From a bacterium (GTDB taxonomy: Bacteria > Krumholzibacteriota > Krumholzibacteriia > LZORAL124-64-63), in NCBI GenBank assembly GCA_031441465.1, contig JANOEP010000039.1, forward strand, positions 32,001 through 96,000: 64,000 nt of DNA, given 5' to 3'. The notes under the pieces are model-generated. The model was given only the letters and a program-made list of their open reading frames with translations, did no database searches and was not told the DNA's origin. Within the stretch, counting starts at the first letter, position 1; each line of letters begins with the position of its first letter. Of the stretch, positions 50,056 to 58,309 are shown piece after piece. Both the position numbers and the translations under genes were made by a program.

Positions 50056-51591
50056 TTGACCGTCCACGGCATGCTGCTGGAGACCGCGGCCCGCCGGCCG
50101 GAAGCCGTCGCGCTCACCCACGGCGAACGCCACGCCACCTTCGCGGCCGTCGCCGGTGAAGCCGGCCGCATCGCCCGCTTCCTGTGCGAGCGCGGCGTGC
50201 GGCGCGGCGACCGCGTGGCCGTGCTGGTCGAGAACTCCCCCGAGTACGTGGCCGCCTACTTCGGCATCCAGCAGGCCGGCGCCTGCTGCGTCGCCCTCAA
50301 CCACGCGAACAAGGAAGAGACACACCGGGCGCTGCTGCGCGACTCCGGCGCGGTCGGCCTGTGGACGCGCGCCCGTGAGGCGCGCGCCCTGCCGGAGATC
50401 GTCGAGGGCTGCCCCGACCTGCGTTTCGCCGTGGTCGATCGCGCCAACCCGACCTGGCGGCTGCCCGCGGGTCTGAGCCTGCACCGCGCCGACGAAGCGG
50501 CGGGCCTCGCGCCCCTGGACGGTGCCGGCGAGGCGGGCCCCGACGACCTCAGCACGATCCTCTACACCAGCGGCTCCACGGGCACGCCCCGCGGCGTCAC
50601 CCTGACGCACGGCAACCTCGTGGCGAACACCGAGCAGATCCTGGCCTACCTGAAGCTGCAGCCCGACGACAGCGTCTGCAGCGTGCTGCCCTTCCACTAC
50701 AGTTTCGGCAACTCGCTGCTGCTGACCCACGTGCGCTGCGGCGGCCGCACGGTCATCGACAACCGCTTCGCCTTCCCGCAGCAGGTGCTCGAGACCCTCG
50801 CGCGGGAGCGCTGCACCGGCTTTTCGGGCGTGCCGAGCCACTACGCGATCCTCTGCGCGCGGACCGACTTCCTCGAGCGGCCCCACCCGGACCTGCGCTA
50901 CGTCACGCAGGCCGGCGGCGCCATGGCCCCGGACCTGGTGCGGCGCCTCCGCGCGGCCCTGCCCGAGCGGATCAAGGTCTACATCATGTACGGGCAGACC
51001 GAGGCCTCCGCGCGGCTGTCCTGGGTGCCGCCGGAGCGCCTGCGCGAGAAGTTCGGCTCGATCGGGATGGGCATCCCCGGCGTCTCGCTGACCGTGCGCC
51101 GGCCCGACGGCGGCGAGTGCGGCCCGGGCGAGCAGGGGGAGATCGTGGCCGCCGGCCCGAACATCATGCGCGGCTACTGGAACGCCCCGCAGGAGACCGC
51201 CGAGGTGCTCTTCCCCGACGGGCTGCACACCGGCGACCTGGCCTACCGCGACCAGGACGGCTTCATCTTCATCGTCGACCGTGTGAAGAACATGATCAAG
51301 GCGGGCGCGAACCGGGTCAGTTCGAAGGAAGTCGAGGAGACGCTGTTGCAGCGGCCCGAGGTGGTCGAGGCCTGTGTGATCGGCGTGCCCGACGACCTGC
51401 TGGGCGAGGCCATCGAAGCCTGGATCGTGCCGGCCGACCCGGCGTCGTTCGACGAACAGGCCCTGCTGCGCCACTGCGCGTCGAAGCTGGCGACCTTCAA
51501 GATCCCCCGCCGCCTGCACCTCGTCGACGCTCTGCCCAAGAACTCCTCGGGCAAGGTGCTGAAGGCGGAGTTGCGCGCCTCGGTGCGCTGA
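50056..51591 (+). CDS. AMP-binding acyl/aminoacyl ligase (class I adenylate-forming)
   Basis: YTSGSTGTPRG, YGQTE, TGDL and LPKNSSGK. Confidence 0.9.
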   Translation: MTVHGMLLETAARRPEAVALTHGERHATFAAVAGEAGRIARFLCERGVRRGDRVAVLVENSPEYVAAYFGIQQAGACCVALNHANKEETHRALLRDSGAVGLWTRAREARALPEIVEGCPDLRFAVVDRANPTWRLPAGLSLHRADEAAGLAPLDGAGEAGPDDLSTILYTSGSTGTPRGVTLTHGNLVANTEQILAYLKLQPDDSVCSVLPFHYSFGNSLLLTHVRCGGRTVIDNRFAFPQQVLETLARERCTGFSGVPSHYAILCARTDFLERPHPDLRYVTQAGGAMAPDLVRRLRAALPERIKVYIMYGQTEASARLSWVPPERLREKFGSIGMGIPGVSLTVRRPDGGECGPGEQGEIVAAGPNIMRGYWNAPQETAEVLFPDGLHTGDLAYRDQDGFIFIVDRVKNMIKAGANRVSSKEVEETLLQRPEVVEACVIGVPDDLLGEAIEAWIVPADPASFDEQALLRHCASKLATFKIPRRLHLVDALPKNSSGKVLKAELRASVR

Positions 51592-51606
51592 GCCGGGCGC
51601 GGCCGC

Positions 51607-53409
51607 CTACTTCGCCAGCAGACCCCCGCGCTGGTAGATCTCCGTCTGCACCTGGCTGAAGGGTTCGCCCTGGACGGAGCCGCCGTCCCAGGTGATCGAG
51701 CCGCTCTTCAGGTCGACGGTGATCGCAACCCCGCTCTTCAGGCCGGCCTTCACCGCGTCGGCCGTCACGACCGGCAGCCCCGCGTTGATGGCGTTGCGCT
51801 CGTAGATCGCGCCGTAGCTGCGCGCGACCAGCGCCTGCACGCCCAGCGCCGCGAAGCAGTCCACGGCCTGCTGGCGCGAGGAGCCGCAGCCGAAGTTGCC
51901 GCCGGTGACGACGATGTCGCCGGGCTGCGCCTTCTGCGCGAAATCCTTCCAGCCTTCGAGGTTGTCGAACGCGTACTGGCCCATCTGCCGCAGGTCGGTG
52001 ATGGCCAGGTAGCGATTGTGGAAGATCATGTCGGTGTCGACGTTGTCGACGTCGACAACCCAGGCGCGGCCCGTCATCACGGTGGGCTTGCCGCCGCCGA
52101 CGGCGCCCGGGCCCGTCGACGCGACCTTCGCCGCGACGACCGGCGGCGCGAACAGCACCGGCTGCGCGGGCATCGTCGCCGCCGTGCAGATGACGCCGGA
52201 CACGGCCGTGGCCGCGGCGGTCGCGGGGCTCGCCAGGTAGACTTCGCCCTTGCCCTGCTTGCCGGCGAAGTTGCGGTTGCCCGTCGAGACGGTGACCTCG
52301 CCGGGGCCGTTCTGGCCGATCTGACCGGCGGCGCAGCCGCCGCAGCCCGCGTTGCCGATCAGGGCGCCGGCGTCGGTGAAGATCTTGACCAGCCCCTCGT
52401 CCAGGGCCTGCTGCCAGACCGTGCGCGTCGCCGGCACGATCTTCAGCACGACGCCGGGGGCGACGGCGCGCCCCTCGAGCACCCGCGCGGCCGCGCGCAG
52501 GTCCTCGATGCGGCCGTTGGTGCAGGAGCCCACGAACACCGAGTCGACCTTGCGGCCGGCGACCTCCGCGACGGGCACCGTGTCCTCGGGGTGGCCTGGG
52601 CGCGCGATCAGCGGCCCGAGGCCGGCGATGTCGACCTCGACCGTGAGGTCGTAACGCGCATCGGCGTCGGCGGCGACGGCCGGGAAGTCGCAACCGCCCG
52701 CGCGGCGGCAGTAGGCGAGGATCTCGGGGCTGGGCTCGAACAGGGCGATGATGCCGCCCATCTCGGTGGCCAGGCTCGCGATGGTGATGCGGTCGGGCAG
52801 GGGAAGTTCTGGCACGATCTCGCCCGTGATCTCGGCGGCGTAGCCCAGCAGGCCGTCCGCGCCGAGGACCTGCAACATCTTCAGGACGATGTCCTTGGCC
52901 GTGGCGTCGGGTCCGGGCCGGCCCTTCAGCACGATCCGTGCGGACTTCGGCACCTTGAACCAGACCTTGCCCGCGGCCCAGGCGTAGGCGATGTCCTGGT
53001 CGCCCATGCCCTGCCCGAAGGCGCCGACCGCACCCATGATGTTGGCGTGGCTGTCGGTGCTGACGAACGTCGAGCCCGGCCCGACCAGCCCGTCCTCGAG
53101 CGCGAGGTGGGTGCCGATGCCCTGGGTGATGTCGCGCAGGCCCACGCCGGTCTCGCGCGCGAAGGTGCGGCAGTACTGCTGGTTCGCGGCGTAGCCCTGG
53201 TCCGAGCCGCCGGGGTTGCAGTCGAAGGTGAACAGGGTCTTGGCCGGGTCGTCGATCGCCAGGCCGGCCTTCTGCAGGTTCTTGACCACGTTGGCGCCGC
53301 CGAAGTCGCGGGCGGCGCGCACGTCCACGCGCATGTCCACCGTGGCGCCGGGGAACACCGGCTGGTCGCAGTGCGCGGCGATGATCTTCTCGATGAGGGT
53401 CAGTCCCAC
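51607..53409 (-). CDS. Fused aconitase-family dehydratase (LeuC/HacA-like plus LeuD/HacB-like)
   Basis: TLIEKI, TDSH, GSCTNGR, GCGGC, STGNRNF and LASP, then a linker, then DNVDTD, NFGCGSSR and IYERN. Confidence 0.85.
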   Translation of the reverse strand: MGLTLIEKIIAAHCDQPVFPGATVDMRVDVRAARDFGGANVVKNLQKAGLAIDDPAKTLFTFDCNPGGSDQGYAANQQYCRTFARETGVGLRDITQGIGTHLALEDGLVGPGSTFVSTDSHANIMGAVGAFGQGMGDQDIAYAWAAGKVWFKVPKSARIVLKGRPGPDATAKDIVLKMLQVLGADGLLGYAAEITGEIVPELPLPDRITIASLATEMGGIIALFEPSPEILAYCRRAGGCDFPAVAADADARYDLTVEVDIAGLGPLIARPGHPEDTVPVAEVAGRKVDSVFVGSCTNGRIEDLRAAARVLEGRAVAPGVVLKIVPATRTVWQQALDEGLVKIFTDAGALIGNAGCGGCAAGQIGQNGPGEVTVSTGNRNFAGKQGKGEVYLASPATAAATAVSGVICTAATMPAQPVLFAPPVVAAKVASTGPGAVGGGKPTVMTGRAWVVDVDNVDTDMIFHNRYLAITDLRQMGQYAFDNLEGWKDFAQKAQPGDIVVTGGNFGCGSSRQQAVDCFAALGVQALVARSYGAIYERNAINAGLPVVTADAVKAGLKSGVAITVDLKSGSITWDGGSVQGEPFSQVQTEIYQRGGLLAK

Positions 53410-53450
53410 GATCCCACCTCCAGCCCGCCAGGGCTCCTGGTTCTTCGTTG

Positions 53451-54257
53451 TCAGTCGTCGTCCTCGCCGTCGGGGAAGCCGAAGTCGGGTGAGTCGCCGT
53501 CCAGGCCGGCCGCCAGGCCGGTCGTGGTCTCGCGCGAGTCCCAGCACTGCTGCTGCGCCTCGTACTCCAGCGACAGCATGGTGGTCAGGTCGAACTCGCT
53601 GGACTGCTGCACCGCCAGTTTGCAGAGGCGCAGCGCCGGCTGGGGGATGCTCGCCAAACGACGGCAGTACGCCTCGACCTCCTGCTCGAACTCCTGAGGC
53701 GAGAAGACGCGGTCCAGCAGACCCAGGCGCGAGGCCTCGTCGGCGGACAGCGTGCGGCTCGACCACAGGATGTCCAGGGCGCGGTTGGGTCCGATCGCGC
53801 GCGGGAGGGTCGAGGTCAGGCCCCAGTCGGGCAGCAGGCCCAGCCGCATGTCCTGGGAGGTGAGGGTGGCGGTGGTGGCGGCCAGGCGCACGTCGGCGGC
53901 CATGATCAGCCCGAAGCCGCTGTCGCGCACGTCGCCCGCCACGGCGGCGACGATCGGCTTGCCGAACTCCTGCATCAGGGTCACGACGCGGCGGATGGTG
54001 TCGAGGTCGGCGGCCACGGTGCCCATGCCGACGTCGCCGGCCTGCGCCTCGGCGGCGGCGCGCAGGTCCATGGCGGTGTCGAAGGGCCCGCCGGCGTCGG
54101 TCAGCAGGATCACGCGGGCGGCGCGGTCGACCTGCAGGCGCAGCAGGACGTCGACGAGTTCATCGCCGAGTTCCTGCAGCGACGGCGTCGCCGGTCCGAA
54201 CAGCGAGAGGGTCGCGACACCGTCGCGGACCTCGCAGTCGAAGAAATCGTAGGTCAT
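53451..54257 (-). CDS. Enoyl-CoA hydratase/isomerase (crotonase) family protein
   Basis: KPIVAAVAG, ADVRLA, LGLLPDWG, LPRAIG and ADEASRLGL. Confidence 0.8.
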   Translation of the reverse strand: MTYDFFDCEVRDGVATLSLFGPATPSLQELGDELVDVLLRLQVDRAARVILLTDAGGPFDTAMDLRAAAEAQAGDVGMGTVAADLDTIRRVVTLMQEFGKPIVAAVAGDVRDSGFGLIMAADVRLAATTATLTSQDMRLGLLPDWGLTSTLPRAIGPNRALDILWSSRTLSADEASRLGLLDRVFSPQEFEQEVEAYCRRLASIPQPALRLCKLAVQQSSEFDLTTMLSLEYEAQQQCWDSRETTTGLAAGLDGDSPDFGFPDGEDDD

Positions 54258-54318
54258 GACCCTCCCGGAGGTGGCCGCCGCGGGGTGCGGGGGCGGTGTG
54301 CGGCTGCCTTCAAGCACG

Positions 54319-54347
54319 ACGATAGGGGGCGGTCGCCACGGTGTCAA
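54319..54347 (-). promoter_or_regulatory. Sigma70-like promoter for the crotonase/dehydratase genes
   Basis: Minus strand TTGACA-17 nt-TATCGT. Confidence 0.5.
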
Positions 54348-54453
54348 CGCGGCCGGAGGGGGGAGCCGCCGCGACAGATCTGGACAGGTGCGGCGACGGC
54401 GGGTATCCTCCCGGGACTTCGCACCCGAAGGATTCCAGAGAGGACAACTCGGC

Positions 54454-55362
54454 ATGAAGGTGTTCCTGACCGGCGGCACGGGCTTGGTGGGGAGGGCGGT
54501 CGTCCGCGCGCTGATCGAGCGCGGCGACGACGTCGTTTGCGTCACCCGCGACCGCAAGCGCGCGTTGTCGCGCCTGACGCGGCCGGTGGAGATCGTCGAG
54601 GGGGATCCGACCGTTCCGGGGTCCTGGCAGCAGGCGCTGGGCGACTGCGACGCGGTCGTCAACCTGGCCGGCGAACCCGTCGCCGCCAAGCGCTGGACCC
54701 GCAAGCGCAAGGCCCTGTTGCGCCGCTCCCGGCTCGAATCCACACGCAACGTGGCGGCGGCGGTCAACGCGAGCGAGCGGGTGCGCGTGCTGGTCAGCGC
54801 CTCGGCCGTCGGCTATTATGGCGACGGCGGCGCCGAGCCCCTGTACGAGGAGAGCGGGGGCGGCCGCGACTTCCTGGGCCGGCTGGCCCACGAATGGGAA
54901 GGCTGCGCCATGGAGGCGGACAACGGGCGCACGCGCGTGGCATTGCTGCGCATCGGCCTGGTGCTCGACCGCGAGGACGGGGCCCTGCCCCGGTTGGCCC
55001 TGCCGTACAAGTTCGGCCTGGGCGGCCCGCTCGGCGACGGCCGCGCCTACGTGCCCTGGATCCACCGCCACGACCTGGTGCGCGCGATCCTGCACATCCT
55101 GGACCGCGAGTCGATCGCGGGTCCCGTCAACGCGGTGGTGCCCGACCCGCCGACCCGCCGCGAGTTCGCCCGGACGCTGGGCCGCGTGCTGGGCCGCCCC
55201 AGCTGGTTCACGACCCCTGGGTTCGTGCTGAACCTGGTGCTCGGCGAGATGTCCGCCATGCTCCTGCAGAGTTGCCGCGCCGTCCCCAAGGCATTGCGTG
55301 CCAACGAGTTTCAGTTCGAGTACCGGGAGCTGGAGCCGGCGTTGCGGCAATTGTTGTCCTGA
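54454..55362 (+). CDS. TIGR01777/YfcH-family NAD-dependent epimerase-like protein
   Basis: TGGTGLVG, VNLAGE...RW, SASAVGYYG, WE, GLGGPLGDG and PWIH. Confidence 0.9.
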   Translation: MKVFLTGGTGLVGRAVVRALIERGDDVVCVTRDRKRALSRLTRPVEIVEGDPTVPGSWQQALGDCDAVVNLAGEPVAAKRWTRKRKALLRRSRLESTRNVAAAVNASERVRVLVSASAVGYYGDGGAEPLYEESGGGRDFLGRLAHEWEGCAMEADNGRTRVALLRIGLVLDREDGALPRLALPYKFGLGGPLGDGRAYVPWIHRHDLVRAILHILDRESIAGPVNAVVPDPPTRREFARTLGRVLGRPSWFTTPGFVLNLVLGEMSAMLLQSCRAVPKALRANEFQFEYRELEPALRQLLS

Positions 55363-55419
55363 CGACGGCAGGTAGGGTAGGATGGGTTGATCGGTCCCTC
55401 ATGTTTGGGAGGTCACGAC

Positions 55420-56118
55420 ATGCGACACGCGGCGATGCTGACGTTGTGCCTGCTGACGACGGCCGGCGTGCTGCCGGCCTCGGCCCAAGTTCCCTTCCTG
55501 CCCCTTTCTCCGGGCTGCGCCTGGACCTACACCGACGGGGCGGGGCACGAACTCACCATCGAGGCGGCCGGGTACGCCGTGGTCCAGGGCGAGAACACCG
55601 TCGAACTGGTCTGGCGGGAGCCGGGAGACGTCTTCCACAATTTCTGGAGCCTGGGACCGACGGGCGCCGTGTTGCTGCACGGCGCCTACAACGAGGACGG
55701 TTTCGTGGCGAGCTACTCGCCGCCGATCCAGTGGCTGCCCGCGGTCTCGGCCACGGAACGCTGCTGGAGCACGACCTCGCGCGTCTACGGGAGCCTCGAT
55801 GCCTCCCAGCCCTTGGAAGAATTCACCTTCTCCTACTGTGTGGTCGGAGGCGGGATCTTGACCGTGCCGGCCGGCGAGTTCGACACCGTCGCGGTCTCGG
55901 ACGCCTCGCCGCCTCTGCTGACCGGCGCGGACGGCGGCGCGGCCTGCGATCTCCTCGGGCGCCGGCGCGACGGGGCGCCACGGCAGCAGGTTCCGCGCTC
56001 CTTCTCGGCGGGTGTCGGCCTGGTCAAGGAAGGCGACTGGGAACTCGCGAACTACGGCGGCCCGACACCGTTCGGGACGTCGAGCTGGAGCGAGGTCAAG
56101 GCGCTGTACAGCAGATAG
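55420..56118 (+). CDS. Secreted hypothetical protein (DUF3108-like motifs) ending in SSWSEVKALYSR
   Basis: Signal peptide (..PASA-Q); PLSPG..WTY, TVPAGEFD and GVGLVK; GGAGG RBS. Confidence 0.75.
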   Translation: MRHAAMLTLCLLTTAGVLPASAQVPFLPLSPGCAWTYTDGAGHELTIEAAGYAVVQGENTVELVWREPGDVFHNFWSLGPTGAVLLHGAYNEDGFVASYSPPIQWLPAVSATERCWSTTSRVYGSLDASQPLEEFTFSYCVVGGGILTVPAGEFDTVAVSDASPPLLTGADGGAACDLLGRRRDGAPRQQVPRSFSAGVGLVKEGDWELANYGGPTPFGTSSWSEVKALYSR

Positions 56119-56143
56119 GGAGCGAACCCCGCCGGAACGAACA

Positions 56144-56170
56144 GGGCCGTCCCCCTGAGGGAGACGGCCC
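56144..56170. terminator. Hairpin between convergent genes
   Basis: GGGCCGTCCCCC-tga-GGGAGACGGCCC with one mismatch. Confidence 0.6.
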
Positions 56171-56195
56171 CGTACTCGAAATCGATCCCCGCCGA

Positions 56196-56681
56196 TTACC
56201 GATAGAGCGTTTTGACGGCTCCGAACGTCATGGCCTCGTTGCCGACGATGTTGTCGAGCGTCATCTGGCCGCGGATTTCGCCGCCGGGAAAGGTCGTGCT
56301 GTGGACATTGAGGTAGATCGATCCCGCGACGAGGTTGGCGTATTGGGTCGCGGTCATGTTCCAGGTCCCGGCGACCGGCGAGCCGATCGGCAAGCCGAAG
56401 GCCACCGGACCGTTGACGCCGGCCACGGCGGTGTGGAAGTGAACGGCGGTTTGCGAACTCGATAGGCCGCTGAACTGCAACTGGTAGGTGGCGACCAGGG
56501 TCTCGGTGTTGACGGTGAGTGCGGCGATGCCGAGGGCGCTGCTGGCGTTGGGCGGGACTTCCGAAGCGCCGGTGAGCATCGTGGTGTAGATGGCCAGATC
56601 GGCGTAGGCGGCGCCGGCGCCGAGGCCGAGCACCAGGACGGCCGCTGCGGCGACCAAGGCGGACTTCTTGAGCAAACGCAT
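56196..56681 (-). CDS. Secreted CHRD-domain protein ending in NEAMTFGAVKTLYR
   Basis: LTGASEVPP, GLSS...HFH.A..G.NGPV and YLNVHSTTFPGGEIRGQ; signal peptide. Confidence 0.9.
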   Translation of the reverse strand: MRLLKKSALVAAAAVLVLGLGAGAAYADLAIYTTMLTGASEVPPNASSALGIAALTVNTETLVATYQLQFSGLSSSQTAVHFHTAVAGVNGPVAFGLPIGSPVAGTWNMTATQYANLVAGSIYLNVHSTTFPGGEIRGQMTLDNIVGNEAMTFGAVKTLYR

Positions 56682-56801
56682 CGTGGGAACCTCCGAATTT
56701 GAGGACGGGACACAGGTCCATAATAGATTACTAAATTAATCCGCTATTGCAAGCCGCTGAGATTTTGAGAGGCTGTGATCGTGATGGCCGACCTCCGCCG
56801 G

Positions 56802-57986
56802 TCAACCCACCACGAACGCGTCGGCCTCGATGTCCCCGCCCGCGAAGCGCGTCAGCGACAGCGAGTCGATGATCCCATCGGGTTCGCCGGTGGTGATCTG
56901 TTTCGCCAGCCGGGAGGCGGCCATCGGGGCCAGCATGAAGCCGTGGCCGCTGTAGCCGCAGGCCATCTGGTAGCCCTCGAGGCCGGGGACGCCGCCCAGG
57001 ATGGGGCGGTGGTCGGGAGTCACGTCGTACATGCCGGCCCACTGCCGCATCAGGCGCAGCCGGCGCGCCGGGGGCCAGTAAGCGGTCAGGGCGCGGGCGA
57101 AGCGCACTGCGAAACGCAGCTGGCTGCGTGTGTCGAACTGGGCGGGGCGGTCCCATTGCGGCTCTTGCGGGTCGCCGATGCCGCCGACGATCTCCCCGCG
57201 CATGCTCTGGCTGAAGTAGATGCCGTCGCTGATGGAGATGACCATCGGGTCCAGGAACGGCTTGCACGACTCGCTGACCATGATCTCGTGGCGTTCCTGG
57301 CGGTTGGGTAGCTGCACGCCGACCATCGCCGCCAGCGAGCGCGACCACGGCCCGGCGCAGTTGATCAGCAGCGGTGTGGCGATCTCGCCGCGGTCGGTGA
57401 CCACGCCGGTGATCCGGCCGCCGTCGTGCCGCACCTCGAGCAAGCGCGTGCGGATGAAGATCTTCACGCCGCGGCGGGACGCGGCCTTCGCGTAACCCCA
57501 CACCACGCTGAACGGGTAGGCGGTGCCGTCCTTCTGGCAGAACGTCGCGCCTTTCAGGCGCGAGATGTCCAGCTGGGGCACGATGTCCAGGCACTCGCGC
57601 GGCTCCAGGAAGCGGCTGGCCACCTGGCAGGAGTTCTGCAGGGCGACGGCCTTGCGCATGCTGTCGAGGTGGGATTCGTCCTCGGTCACCATCAGGTAGC
57701 CGCCCTGACGGAAGAACGTCTGCAGGCCGAGTTCGCCGGCCAGGTGCTCGTAGGCGGCGACGCTCTCCTGGGCCAGGCGGATGTTCTCCTCGGTCGTCCA
57801 CTGCTGGCGGATGCCGCCGCCGCAGCGCCCGGTGGCGCCGCTGCCCAGGTAGTCCCGCTCCAGCACCACGAGGCGCTTCATGCCGCGCCGCGCCAGCTCG
57901 TAGGCCATGGCCAGACCGTTGATGCCGCCGCCGACGATGACCGCGTCGGCCGTCGCGGGCACGGGCCCTTCGGGCAGGGGGATCAT
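56802..57986 (-). CDS. FAD-dependent oxidoreductase (DAO family; proline dehydrogenase/sarcosine oxidase beta-like)
   Basis: IVGGGING, GATGRCGGGIRQQW, WAGMYDVTPDHRPILG and GYSGHGFMLAP. Confidence 0.88.
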   Translation of the reverse strand: MIPLPEGPVPATADAVIVGGGINGLAMAYELARRGMKRLVVLERDYLGSGATGRCGGGIRQQWTTEENIRLAQESVAAYEHLAGELGLQTFFRQGGYLMVTEDESHLDSMRKAVALQNSCQVASRFLEPRECLDIVPQLDISRLKGATFCQKDGTAYPFSVVWGYAKAASRRGVKIFIRTRLLEVRHDGGRITGVVTDRGEIATPLLINCAGPWSRSLAAMVGVQLPNRQERHEIMVSESCKPFLDPMVISISDGIYFSQSMRGEIVGGIGDPQEPQWDRPAQFDTRSQLRFAVRFARALTAYWPPARRLRLMRQWAGMYDVTPDHRPILGGVPGLEGYQMACGYSGHGFMLAPMAASRLAKQITTGEPDGIIDSLSLTRFAGGDIEADAFVVG

Positions 57987-58309
57987 GAGCCCACCTCCGG
58001 GTCGGTGCGGGGCAGCGCGGTCTCCAGCTCGCCCATCAGGGGCGGCAGGTCCAGGCTCGCCAGCTCCTCGAAGGTCAGCGGCTCGATGGGCGGGCGGATG
58101 TTCGTCAGCGGGATCTGCGAGGGGTCGATGCCGCGCAGGCGCGCCAGCTCCAGCGCCGACTCGCAGAGGCAGCCCTTGCCCTGGCAGAAGCCGGTGCCCA
58201 CGCCGGTGAACCGCTTGAGCGCCTCCATCTCGGCAAAGCCGTCGCGGTAGGCCTTGCCGAACTCCTCGATGGTCACGTCCTCGCAGCGGCACAGGATGCG
58301 CTTGCTCAT
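57983..58309 (-). CDS. BFD-like [2Fe-2S] protein
   Basis: LCRCEDVT...LKRFT..GTGFCQGKGC...RPP. Confidence 0.85.
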   Translation of the reverse strand: MSKRILCRCEDVTIEEFGKAYRDGFAEMEALKRFTGVGTGFCQGKGCLCESALELARLRGIDPSQIPLTNIRPPIEPLTFEELASLDLPPLMGELETALPRTDPEVGS

